From: Opitutales bacterium | Lineage (GTDB): Bacteria; Verrucomicrobiota; Verrucomicrobiia; Opitutales; T3Sed10-336 | Reading direction: 5' to 3' | Assembly (NCBI GenBank): GCA_022565335.1 | Contig: JAIUMY010000003.1 | Coordinates: forward strand, 1,861-65,860 | DNA length: 64,000 bases | The notes under the pieces: model-generated | What the model saw: the letters and a program-made list of their open reading frames with translations, nothing else | What the model was told of the DNA's origin: nothing | Databases searched by the model: none | Made by a program: the position numbers and the translations under genes | In this document: positions 9,551 through 18,357 of the stretch, piece by piece | How the letters are laid out: each line of letters opens with the position of its first letter | How positions within the stretch are numbered: the first letter of the stretch is position 1

Positions 9551-10348
9551 TCACTTCCGAGCGCTGTCTCGCGCGAGTTCGGGAATTCGTTCCTCGGGAG
9601 GGATGTTCAAATCCTCTTCCAACTCCCGAATCCGGCGAAGCATCACCTCAGCCCGGTCATAAATATTGTCGGGGTCCAATGTCGGATAGATACCCGCCAG
9701 CCATTCATAGGCCTCTTGATCGCGTCCCAAACGGCGCAAAAGCTGAGCATAAACCCTGGCGGCGTAAGCCGGAGCATTGGGCATCTCACTGGCCTTGCGG
9801 TAGTATTTGAGTGCGCCCTCCAAATCATCCATCCGGCGCGCCTTAATCAAACCGATTTCCAAAGGATACTGGGGATTATTTGGATGATAAACCATGGCTC
9901 GATGGAGAATTTCAATCCCGGCCAAATTCTGTTCTTCGAAAATGCGCTCTTGTACCACTTCCGGAACATTCTGGCGTCCCCCTTGTTCACGAATTCGCCA
10001 ATGAGGCATATCCAGAGAGGTAATGCGGGCCCCATTCATCCAAAAGAAACTGGGACGGGGGTCAATGGCGGTGACCAACCGAATCATCGTTTGCATACCG
10101 GGCAAATCCTGCTCCTTCCAATACTCCGACCCGCGTATCCACAAGAGATTGGCAAAAATCGAGCGAAAACCGCCCATCACGCCAACGATAATGCCCTGTC
10201 CGAGCAAATCTTCCAGACTTTCCAATTGCAGGGCTGGTTCCTGTTCCCGCACCCACTGCCAGGCCGGTTCCTCTACGGGACGGGCCAAAAGCCCCACCAG
10301 AAAGGCGGCGACCAAAACCAGAGCGAGACTTTTCCAGAAGGGATTCAT
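9551..10348 (-). CDS. Membrane-anchored TPR-like repeat protein
   Basis: It has an N-terminal TM/signal anchor (LALVLVAAFLVGLLA). The C-terminal helical repeats have a TPR-like A/Y/L pattern (ALKYYRKASEMPNAPAYAARVYAQLLRRLGRDQEAYEWL). It is the last gene of the fabF-acyP-ABC minus-strand operon. Confidence 0.5.
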   Translation of the reverse strand: MNPFWKSLALVLVAAFLVGLLARPVEEPAWQWVREQEPALQLESLEDLLGQGIIVGVMGGFRSIFANLLWIRGSEYWKEQDLPGMQTMIRLVTAIDPRPSFFWMNGARITSLDMPHWRIREQGGRQNVPEVVQERIFEEQNLAGIEILHRAMVYHPNNPQYPLEIGLIKARRMDDLEGALKYYRKASEMPNAPAYAARVYAQLLRRLGRDQEAYEWLAGIYPTLDPDNIYDRAEVMLRRIRELEEDLNIPPEERIPELARDSARK

Positions 10349-10362
10349 AGGAAATGCGTTTT

Positions 10363-11193
10363 CTAGATCTCCCGGGAACGAAAGCTTACCACCGCCAGAA
10401 GGTTGTAAACGATAATATAAATCGCCGAAAGGCCGACCAGCGAACCAATCACCGACCAGGGCAGGGGCTCATACAGCGCCACATACTCGCCCACATTGAA
10501 AACCTGAAAATTGGGAAAGGCAAACCCCATCACCGCTACCCCCATTCGGGCCGGCCAGAAAGCAATCTCCGCCCAGGCGTCCCGGGCCAAATACTGAAGA
10601 TGGCAAATGATTAAAATGAAAAACGAAATCACCACCGTGAAAAGATTGGTGCGGGCAAACCCTGCCACAATCATCGTAATGGAAATCAAAATACCAAATT
10701 TCAACCACTGCAAAAACCCGACCCAAAGGATATCCCCATACAGAACTTTCCGCCCCTCCGGAAAATCTCTGGCAAAACGTTCCATCCCCATGAGAATTCC
10801 TTCCCGATACCAAAGGATGGCCATCAACAAAAGGGTCATCATGGCGGTGAAGGCCAGGACCACCGCCCAAACTCCGGTGAATTTCCCCAGAATAAACTCT
10901 ATCCGACGCACCGGTTTGGCCAGAATGGTCAGGGCGGTGCGGTTTTCAATTTCATTGAAAAACAACTGCGCCGCCCCGGCGATACTGAGAATCGAACCAA
11001 AGAAAACGATCGCCCCAAAACCAAAATCAGAGATGAATTTCAACTCGGAGAAGCCAAAATCCAGATCCCGGAAGTAGAACGAACTGACGATGAAGGCCGC
11101 GGCAATGAAAACCAAAAACAGAAACAGTTTCTGCCGGACCGCCTCGAGAAAGGTGTTTCCGGCAATCAATCGAATGATACGCAGACTATTCAT
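10363..11193 (-). CDS. ABC-2 type permease (NosY/GldF-like)
   Basis: This 276-aa polytopic protein has ~6 TM helices. It overlaps the upstream ATPase gene by 8 nt. Confidence 0.7.
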   Translation of the reverse strand: MNSLRIIRLIAGNTFLEAVRQKLFLFLVFIAAAFIVSSFYFRDLDFGFSELKFISDFGFGAIVFFGSILSIAGAAQLFFNEIENRTALTILAKPVRRIEFILGKFTGVWAVVLAFTAMMTLLLMAILWYREGILMGMERFARDFPEGRKVLYGDILWVGFLQWLKFGILISITMIVAGFARTNLFTVVISFFILIICHLQYLARDAWAEIAFWPARMGVAVMGFAFPNFQVFNVGEYVALYEPLPWSVIGSLVGLSAIYIIVYNLLAVVSFRSREI

Positions 11194-12115
11194 TTTCCGA
11201 ATCCTTTCCCGCTTTGTCAGAGGTTACCTGGGAGCCCAGTTGAACCGACTCGCTCCCCTGGCGATAGATGAGATCCGCTTTGCCGATCTCCCGTAAAAAC
11301 ACTTCGTCCAATCGGAGTTGTGGACGTTTAACCTGTCGCAAGTCGATGCCACGTTCCCCCAACCAACGGCGCAAGGCCTCGACCTCCGGTTCCGGCAATT
11401 GGTCGAGGCGAATCTCGGTATCGCCCTGCCCTTCGGTAATTTCCGCCAAAGGCCCCTGGCGAATGCAGCGACCTTTATTCATAATAGCCACATGGTCACA
11501 GATGTCCTCGACCTGAGCGAGTAAATGGGAACAAAGTAAAATGGTTTTTCCGGCTTCCTTGAGTTTGAGCACCAAACTGGAAATCTCCGCCGAGCCGACC
11601 GGGTCAACTCCGGCCGTTGGTTCGTCGAGGATAATCAACTGCGGATCATGCACCAGTGCCTGAGCAATGCCAATGCGCTGGAGCATCCCTTTACTGTAGG
11701 TTCCCACCCGTCGCCGGGCGGCATCCTTCAGCCCCACCCATTCAATTACCTCCCAAGCCCGCTCACGGGCCCGGGCAGCGGAGAGACCGCAGATTTTCCC
11801 CATTAAAACCACCATCTCCAGACCGCTCAGGTATTTGTAGAAGTATGGGGCTTCCGGCAAAAAACCAACCTCTTTGCGGGCGGCCGTTTTGTTACTGGGA
11901 AGCCCGTAAACCCGACACTCTCCCGCCGTGGGTGTCAACAAACCAAGAATAACCTTCATGGTGGTGCTCTTTCCGGAGCCATTGGGTCCCAAAAGACCAA
12001 ACACCTGGTTCTGTTCCACCCGCAGGGACAAATGGTCGACCGCCCGAAGTTTGTATTTCCCCAGACCAAGGGGAAAATCCTTGGTCAGTTCCTTGATTTC
12101 AATTGCCGGTGCCAT
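11186..12115 (-). CDS. ABC transporter ATP-binding protein (ABC-2 subfamily)
   Basis: Walker A is GPNGSGKST, the signature is YSKGMLQRIGIAQA, Walker B is IILDEPTAGVD, and the H-loop is CSHL. It also carries a C-terminal ~90-aa extension. Confidence 0.9.
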   Translation of the reverse strand: MAPAIEIKELTKDFPLGLGKYKLRAVDHLSLRVEQNQVFGLLGPNGSGKSTTMKVILGLLTPTAGECRVYGLPSNKTAARKEVGFLPEAPYFYKYLSGLEMVVLMGKICGLSAARARERAWEVIEWVGLKDAARRRVGTYSKGMLQRIGIAQALVHDPQLIILDEPTAGVDPVGSAEISSLVLKLKEAGKTILLCSHLLAQVEDICDHVAIMNKGRCIRQGPLAEITEGQGDTEIRLDQLPEPEVEALRRWLGERGIDLRQVKRPQLRLDEVFLREIGKADLIYRQGSESVQLGSQVTSDKAGKDSENE

Positions 12116-12124
12116 AGTAATAGA

Positions 12125-12397
12125 TCAGCGGATTTCAAAACCGCGAAACCCCTTCATTTGTTCCATGGATTTTTTCTCGGTCCGCTGAATATACCCTTCC
12201 ATTTCGGTTTCGATCGCCTGGACAAATTCTTCCACTTCTTTGGGAGAACCCTCCACCTGAAGTTCCACCCGGCCATCGGTAAGATTGCGAACCCAACCGC
12301 ACACCTCAAACCCCTGGGCGATTTGTCGAACGGTGTAGCGAAAACCCACCCCTTGGACCCGTCCCTCAAAAAAAACTTCCCAATGAACTGAACTCAT
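12125..12397 (-). CDS. acyP: Acylphosphatase
   Basis: The 90-aa protein carries the GRVQGVGFRYTV phosphate-binding loop and the GWVRNLTDGRVELQVEG motif. It overlaps fabF by 4 nt. Confidence 0.85.
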   Translation of the reverse strand: MSSVHWEVFFEGRVQGVGFRYTVRQIAQGFEVCGWVRNLTDGRVELQVEGSPKEVEEFVQAIETEMEGYIQRTEKKSMEQMKGFRGFEIR

Positions 12398-13650
12398 GGT
12401 TTATAGCGGGCCACCACCAAACTGGCATTATGCCCGCCGAATCCGAGATTGTTGCTCATCGCAATCTCCACCGGTGCCGAAACTTTCTGATTGGGAACAT
12501 AGTCCAAATCCAATTCGTCCTCCGGTTCCTCGTAGTTGATGGTCGGGGCGATTTCTCCGGTTTCGATGGCTTTTAAACAAACGATCGCCTCCACGCCTCC
12601 GGCGGCTCCCAAGAGATGGCCAGTCATCGATTTGGTCGAACTCATTTTGAGGCGGTAGGCATGATCGCCGAAGGTATCCTTGACGGCCTTGGTCTCGACC
12701 CGGTCATTAAAAGGTGTCGAGGTGCCGTGCGCGTTGATGTAGTCAACCTGCTCCCGTTCCAGGCCACCGTTTTTCAACGCTTTCTTCATGCACAGGGACA
12801 ATCCCGCCCCACTGGTTTCCGGGGCGGTCACATGATAAGCATCGCAGGTGGCGGCATAACCTTTGATTTCGCCGAGGATATTGGCCCCCCGGGCCAAAGC
12901 GTGCTCAAGGGTTTCCAAGACCACAATACCGGCCCCTTCTCCCATAATAAAACCGTCCCGCCCCCGATCAAAGGGACGGCTCGCCCGTTGCGGCTCATCG
13001 TTACGGGTGCTCATGGCTTTCATGGAACAAAAACCGGCATACCCCAAAGGGGTGATCGCTGCTTCACTGCCTCCGGCAATCATTACCTGGGCCTCCCCGC
13101 TGCGAATAATACGAAGGGATTCACCAATGGCATGGGTGGCGGTCGCACAGGCGCTGACCACGGCAAAATTAGGGCCCTTCATGCCAAACTCTATGGCGAC
13201 CAAACCACTGGCAATGTTGGCGATTAGAGAAGGGATCATAAACGGCGAAACCCGTCTTGGTCCGCGTTCGTGCAAGACCCGGCTCTGGTTTTCAATGGTC
13301 CACATCCCCCCGATTCCGGAACCGACCAACACCCCGACCTCACCGGGATCCTCGGCAGTCATATCCAGCCCCGCCGAGGCCACCGCTTTCTTACTCGCGG
13401 CCAAGGCAAAATGGGCATACCGGTCACTGCGGCGGGCCTCCTTCGGGTCCATCCACTCCTCCGCTTTAAAGTCCTTGCATTCGGCCCCGATGCGACAGGC
13501 AAATTTTTCCGTATCAAAGGAATCAACCGTGGAAATCCCACTCTCTCCGGCCAATAGGCGATTATAAAACTCATCAACTTCATTGCCGAGGGAGGAAACC
13601 ACCCCCATACCGGTTACGACAACGCGTTGCGAAAAATTGGAAGACGACAT
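12394..13650 (-). CDS. fabF: 3-oxoacyl-[acyl-carrier-protein] synthase II
   Basis: The KAS II catalytic triad context is visible: VVSACATATHAIG (Cys), INAHGTSTPFND (His) and SMTGHLLGAAGG (His). The C-terminal NNLGFGGHNASLV is also present. Confidence 0.95.
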   Translation of the reverse strand: MSSSNFSQRVVVTGMGVVSSLGNEVDEFYNRLLAGESGISTVDSFDTEKFACRIGAECKDFKAEEWMDPKEARRSDRYAHFALAASKKAVASAGLDMTAEDPGEVGVLVGSGIGGMWTIENQSRVLHERGPRRVSPFMIPSLIANIASGLVAIEFGMKGPNFAVVSACATATHAIGESLRIIRSGEAQVMIAGGSEAAITPLGYAGFCSMKAMSTRNDEPQRASRPFDRGRDGFIMGEGAGIVVLETLEHALARGANILGEIKGYAATCDAYHVTAPETSGAGLSLCMKKALKNGGLEREQVDYINAHGTSTPFNDRVETKAVKDTFGDHAYRLKMSSTKSMTGHLLGAAGGVEAIVCLKAIETGEIAPTINYEEPEDELDLDYVPNQKVSAPVEIAMSNNLGFGGHNASLVVARYKP

Positions 13651-13847
13651 AGGATCAAAAAACTCTGGGATTTATGTTTCAGGGAAATGGGTTTTAACAA
13701 AGTAAGCCTCCTTTAATAAAGGGATTTCGGAGCAAAGAAAATCTTTTTTTAAAAAGGAAAGACAAAGAAGCCTTCTTTCGCAATGGAATTGCGCGCATTA
13801 GCGAAACACCTACCCTCCGGCACTCGCTCTGCGAGGCATTTTCCGGG

Positions 13848-13882
13848 GGGGGTAGCCGTGGGGTTCACCCACGGCTACCCTC
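13848..13882. other. Strong isolated hairpin (13-bp perfect stem, 5-nt loop)
   Basis: gGGTAGCCGTGGG-gttca-CCCACGGCTACCc: positions 13850-13862 pair perfectly with 13868-13880. No U-tract follows on either strand. The stem starts with GTAG, as REP elements do. Confidence 0.7.
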
Positions 13883-13970
13883 ACATCATTCCTACGGGAC
13901 TACAAAACAGCCAATGAAATCATAAATCAATAAGCCCGTAATCCGGTCCTCGTCCTGCAAGCGCGTAACC

Positions 13971-13990
13971 GGTGGCCGCAGGTGGCCGCA
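13971..13990. repeat. Perfect tandem 10-mer (ggtggccgca x2)
   Basis: Read directly from the sequence: ggtggccgca occupies 13971-13980 and is repeated at 13981-13990. Confidence 0.9.
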
Positions 13991-14028
13991 GTAACGTGCG
14001 ACGAAGGGTTTTCGAGGTCTCAGGAGTG

Positions 14029-14236
14029 TTGCGCGCAGGGACATGAAGTCCCCGCTCGCGGTTGAGAAGGGGCGACTATTTCCGTTTTCCGAAGCATTGC
14101 GCACAGGGGCACAAGGCCCCCGTTCGCTGTTTACAAGGGAGGACACGGGTTCGTTTGCTCATGTTCGCCAACCGGTAGGCACAAGGCCACCGTTCGCTGT
14201 TTGCACAAGGGAGGGGGGCTCGTGTCGTTGGCTGTT
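14029..14236. repeat. Three diverged tandem copies of a ~68-70-nt unit in non-coding DNA
   Basis: The units start at about 14029, 14097 and 14167. The core ggcacaaggcccccgttcgctgtttacaagggagg (14108-14142) recurs as ggcacaaggccaccgttcgctgtttgcacaagggagg (14178-14214). The first 35 nt of units A and B match at 27 of 35 positions by hand alignment. Confidence 0.75.
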
Positions 14237-14662
14237 ACCCCAAGCGGGGACCCTGTGCGGAGTTCTTCAAGCCAGGGACGCGTGCCGACCACCTCCTCCG
14301 CGCGGGGACCCCCGATACGCTTCGCTCATTTCCCTTCGGCGGGATTTCGCGAGCTCAATTTGTGGGGCTGCGCGGAACACTCCGATCTCGTATGTCTCTC
14401 CCCGCCTACTCCAGCTTCGCTGGTGGTGTCCCCCGACCTGAAAAATATGCCGGTTCCCGATAAGGGGTTATTTTTTGCGCAAGAAAAAACAGTATTCGCT
14501 CGGAATGCGGGCACTTAATCTGTCAGAATATTTCGCTTTCGAGAAATTTCCTTGGCTCAAAAGCCTTTTTTCCTTTTCACAAAGCCTAAGAAATGAAATT
14601 TTAAGCTTTTTGCCGAAAACCCACTTTATTGATTTCCTTACCCTTTCCCCTTCTTTTATTTC

Positions 14663-15400
14663 ATGCCTGCCAAAAACGAAACCCTGATTGAAGCCATTGA
14701 TGTTGAAAGAGCCTATCCGACCGGAAAGACCGTGGTTTATGCGCTCAAGAAAATCAATTTAAGTGTCTACGCGGGCGAATACATCTCCTTGATGGGTCCC
14801 TCGGGTTCCGGGAAAACGACCTTTTTCAATATGATTGGCGCCCTCGATTTGCCCACCAAGGGGACCATTCGGCTGGGCAACCGGAACCTGCAGGACTTGG
14901 CGCCCGCCGAGTTGGCCTCCCTGCGTTGCGCCAACATCGGCTACATTTTTCAAAATTATAATCTGATTGAGGTGGTTTCGGCTTTGCAGAATGTGGTTCT
15001 GCCAATGCGTTTTCTGGGCCTCACCGAACAGGAGGCCCGGGAAAAGGCCGCCGGGTTGCTCGAAATGGTCGGCTTGGGCGAACGTATGCATCACCTTCCC
15101 GGCGAACTTTCCGGCGGACAGCAACAACGGGTGGCCATTGCCCGCGCCCTCGCCAACGACCCCGACCTCATCCTGGCCGACGAACCCACCGGCAACCTGG
15201 ATTCCAAAACCGCCGTCTCCATTGTCGAACTTTTGAGCAAGCTCAGTGTCGATCGTGGGGTCACCGTAGTTTCTGCTACTCACGACGCCCGCATGTTGAA
15301 TGTTTCCGACCGGGTGGTTTACCTCCGCGACGGTGAGGTCGAGAAGATCGTCAAACGTGAAGACCTGAACATTTCCATCGGCTCCATCGCCGAACACTAA
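14663..15400 (+). CDS. MacB/LolD-type ABC ATPase (first of two in locus)
   Basis: Walker A is GPSGSGKTT, the signature is [14 protein letters not shown], Walker B is [11 protein letters not shown], and the H-loop is ATHD. The 245-aa size is typical of partners of FtsX-type permeases. Confidence 0.9.
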   Translation: MPAKNETLIEAIDVERAYPTGKTVVYALKKINLSVYAGEYISLMGPSGSGKTTFFNMIGALDLPTKGTIRLGNRNLQDLAPAELASLRCANIGYIFQNYNLIEVVSALQNVVLPMRFLGLTEQEAREKAAGLLEMVGLGERMHHLPGELSGGQQQRVAIARALANDPDLILADEPTGNLDSKTAVSIVELLSKLSVDRGVTVVSATHDARMLNVSDRVVYLRDGEVEKIVKREDLNISIGSIAEH

Positions 15401-15444
15401 ACCCCGACCTATTTTGCTTCTTTTTTCCATACGCACCTGCTGAC

Positions 15445-18354
15445 ATGAGTATTTCCCGCGCCGTAACCATTCTGATCGGATTAGTCCTAATTGTGATCCT
15501 CGCGCCCTTGTCCCAGTTTATGACCATGATGACGGTCAACGCGGACATTGAAACGGCCACTCCGGTGGGTTGGGCTATCGGGATCATCTTCACGCTGTTG
15601 CTGGCGTGGGCCTTTATCCGCTCCATGGCCAAAGTGCAGGCTATTCCGCGACAGAATCTGGTCATCCTTTTCGTCATGCTGACCATCGCCGCACCGGTGA
15701 TGAATCTCGGCTTGGTCCGGACTTTTTACAATGCCAACTCGGCCGCTCTGGATGAGTATTTCTTCCAGGGCAATCCGACCTACCGGACGATTTTTGACAG
15801 CATGAGCGACAGCTGGTTTCCCAAGGTTCCCACCGATGAGGGACTGGCATGGAACCGGGCGGATCGGTTTTTACGGTTTCTAACCGATAATGAGATTATC
15901 CGCGACAGCGACCAGGCCCGGCGCTCCCTGGTCGGGGCCTTGGAAACGGTGGAAGCGGAACTGGTTCGTCGTCAGCGTTTGGAGGAATTGGAAGAACTTC
16001 CCCCGGTAGAATCCATCGGCGACGAGACTTTGGCCGAACTGGTGGAGATAGAGTCCCTGAGTGAACGAATCCCTTACCTGCTTTTTGATGATGCCCGGCG
16101 ACTGCTGGACGATGATTCAGCCGGAATTTTCCCGCACCTTGGTTTGGCGGAAGAGATCGAGGCGCAACAAGAACAACGGGAGGCACGAAGCGAGGAAATC
16201 ACTCCCTTGCTTATAACCGAGCTGTCGGATTATGACGAATTTCTCCTCACCATGGTGGAGGAGTTTCAATTCACCATGGACCCCGCTATGGTGCTGCGGG
16301 TGGATGAGGAATTGAACCGTCTACCCGAGGAAGAAAGAGAGCTTCGCCAGCGGATTGCCGAACAGGAAATCGCCCCGCGTTGGCAGGAATGGCAGGCCCA
16401 GGTCTCGGTGCTTACCGAGGTTGACCGAAGAGAGGTCCGCAATGGTTTGATGGAAGCTTATTTATCGCAGCAAGCCGAACTCTCACGGGCTGAGCGGGAT
16501 GAGATGCTCTCCGGTTTTGCCTTTCGTCTCAGCCGGAGCGAGCGGCGGAGCCTGATTCGCCAAGACGGTTCGGATGAGCCCAATCAAAATATATTTGCCT
16601 TCCGCAACGGGCTCTGGGATGATTCCTCCAGTCGGCAGATGCGGGACCAGGAAAGTTTTTGGAGCAACATGGCTTCGGCCCGCGAGCGAATCCCCTGGGG
16701 ACTCTGGGTTAAACCGATGTTCAACTGGGGTATGCTGTTCCTGGCCATCTTTTTGTTCATGATGTGCCTCGCCGAATATTTCCGGCGAAAATGGGTGGAG
16801 CGGGAAAACCTGGCCTTCCCCTTGGTCGAGATCGCCGACGGGCTGATCCGACACGATTACAAACTGGAAACCGCCGACGATGTTCGGGAACCGGAAAAGC
16901 GGGGCGTTCTCTTTGACCGATTCTTTATTTTTGGCGCCTTTCTCGGGTTTTTAATCCTCTCATTGGAAGCCATCAACCACTATGGCTTGGTCGGTAATGA
17001 TATGCGCATCGTTTTCGATGCCAGCGGGACCCTGTTTACCAGCGGTATATTATCGGAAATTGACAAGGTGGTCTTTGTCTTTTCCCCCATTGTCATCGGC
17101 ATCGCCTTCTTGATCAGTCTTGAGTTGAGCTTTTCCATCTGGATGATCTTTTTCATCTATACCCTGCTGAGCTGGATCATGCGGCTCATGGCCGACGGAG
17201 CCTTCAATACCGGGCTCTACACCGGCTGGGCCGGAGGATCGAACTACCCCTATCCGATGGAGCAATTGCTCGGTGCAGTCGTCTGTTTTACTCTCTTCCT
17301 CCTGATAAAATCCTGGAAAACGAAAAGCCGTCCCAACACCGGAGAAGTCCCGGATCAGTACGTCCCTCCCCGCCTGACCATGGCCGGACTGATTGTTTTA
17401 CCGATTTTCATTTTCATCATGATCTGGAACATCGGGGTCAATAGTCCGTTCGTCATTCTTCTGTTTGGCCTTCTGGTTATGGCGATCACCATCGCGGCGG
17501 CCCGGGTCCGGGCGGAAACGGGTCTCCCCACCCATCATGTTACCTACGATTTCACCAAAATGCCGATGGTCCTCGGCCTAACCAGTGGGATGGGGGCCAA
17601 AAACTACGCCGCGTTCCTGAACATTGTGTTCCTTCCCTGGACCCTGATCTTCCGCAGTTTGCCCCAACAATTGGAAAATATCGAGCTGGCCCGGCGCTAT
17701 AAGTTGCGTTACAGCGTGGTTGCCGTAGCCTCCCTCCTGGCCTTCGTGGTGGCTATCGGCGCCGGTTTATTCAGTTTCCTGATGTTGTCCCACTACTTCG
17801 GCGATGGGATGCAGGGAGCCTCTCTGCGTGAAGGCGCGGCGACCATCAACAATGTCAATATGGCCAAATATCCCCTGTGGGTTGGCCACTTCCAGGGAGA
17901 AGGTTCCCTTGAGATGCACAACACGTTCTCCGGCGTCCATGTCTTTTTCATGGTCGTGGGCTTTGTCGTCATCCTGGCCTTGACCCTCCTGCGGAAATAT
18001 TTCCTCAGCTTTCCCCTGCACCCAATTGGCTATCTGGTCCTCCTTTTCAGCCTCTACTACCACTGGATATCGCCCTACCACAAGGGGGAAGGTTTCACGA
18101 ATGAAGCCTCGCTGGTCTGGGGTGGCGTACTGGTGGCCTGGGGCTTCAAAAAACTGATTATCAAATACGGTGGGATGAATTCCTACAAAGCCGCCAAACC
18201 CTTCTTTATCGGCCTGGTGATCGGGTCCGTCTTCTGTGTCTTCTGCTGGAACATGCTCGATCTACTGGCCATGCTCATGGACCAAAGTGGTTCGGACGCC
18301 AACTTCATCGAACCTTTCCAAAACCACCAATTGTTCAGCCCCCGCTTTTACTAA
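15445..18354 (+). CDS. 969-aa polytopic membrane protein, OPT-superfamily-like, with ~325-aa acidic coiled-coil insertion
   Basis: About 3 N-terminal TM helices are followed by an E/D/R-rich soluble segment (aa ~95-420, e.g. RRQRLEELEELPPVESIGDETLAELVEIESL) and then >10 TM helices. The motif ENLAFPLVEIADGLI and the C-terminal KKLIIKYGG..AKPFFIGLVIG parallel KLPFPLAPIAAEGAI and RKFGKERW..PILAVGFAAG in the 686-aa protein. Confidence 0.6.
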   Translation: MSISRAVTILIGLVLIVILAPLSQFMTMMTVNADIETATPVGWAIGIIFTLLLAWAFIRSMAKVQAIPRQNLVILFVMLTIAAPVMNLGLVRTFYNANSAALDEYFFQGNPTYRTIFDSMSDSWFPKVPTDEGLAWNRADRFLRFLTDNEIIRDSDQARRSLVGALETVEAELVRRQRLEELEELPPVESIGDETLAELVEIESLSERIPYLLFDDARRLLDDDSAGIFPHLGLAEEIEAQQEQREARSEEITPLLITELSDYDEFLLTMVEEFQFTMDPAMVLRVDEELNRLPEEERELRQRIAEQEIAPRWQEWQAQVSVLTEVDRREVRNGLMEAYLSQQAELSRAERDEMLSGFAFRLSRSERRSLIRQDGSDEPNQNIFAFRNGLWDDSSSRQMRDQESFWSNMASARERIPWGLWVKPMFNWGMLFLAIFLFMMCLAEYFRRKWVERENLAFPLVEIADGLIRHDYKLETADDVREPEKRGVLFDRFFIFGAFLGFLILSLEAINHYGLVGNDMRIVFDASGTLFTSGILSEIDKVVFVFSPIVIGIAFLISLELSFSIWMIFFIYTLLSWIMRLMADGAFNTGLYTGWAGGSNYPYPMEQLLGAVVCFTLFLLIKSWKTKSRPNTGEVPDQYVPPRLTMAGLIVLPIFIFIMIWNIGVNSPFVILLFGLLVMAITIAAARVRAETGLPTHHVTYDFTKMPMVLGLTSGMGAKNYAAFLNIVFLPWTLIFRSLPQQLENIELARRYKLRYSVVAVASLLAFVVAIGAGLFSFLMLSHYFGDGMQGASLREGAATINNVNMAKYPLWVGHFQGEGSLEMHNTFSGVHVFFMVVGFVVILALTLLRKYFLSFPLHPIGYLVLLFSLYYHWISPYHKGEGFTNEASLVWGGVLVAWGFKKLIIKYGGMNSYKAAKPFFIGLVIGSVFCVFCWNMLDLLAMLMDQSGSDANFIEPFQNHQLFSPRFY

Positions 18355-18357
18355 GCC

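Noticed and set aside
13851-13880. tRNA T-arm-like sequence (GTGGGGTTCACCCAC) that could be a tRNA or tmRNA fragment.
   Set aside because: The stem is 12-13 bp with a 5-nt loop, not the 5-bp stem and 7-nt loop of a T-arm. No acceptor, D or anticodon arms can be drawn around it. No tmRNA tag frame and no RNase P (GAGGAAAGUCC) or SRP hallmarks are present in the region.
14108-14214. CRISPR-like geometry: two 35-37-nt near-identical repeats separated by a 35-nt spacer.
   Set aside because: Only two good copies plus one diverged copy are present. The 'spacer' is itself part of a ~69-nt tandem duplication, since the B and C units align beyond the core. No cas genes are in the window, and the repeat has no typical terminal motif.
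13892-14518. ORFs of 62-132 aa inside the 1-kb intergenic region (13892-14146 on the minus strand, 14043-14441 and 14201-14518 on the plus strand, 14326-14514 on the minus strand), and the 141-aa ORF at 36240-36665.
   Set aside because: They overlap each other on both strands. They are rich in Arg/Pro/Ser/Cys with no hydrophobic core pattern. They translate straight through hairpins and tandem repeats and have no start context. They are most likely non-coding.
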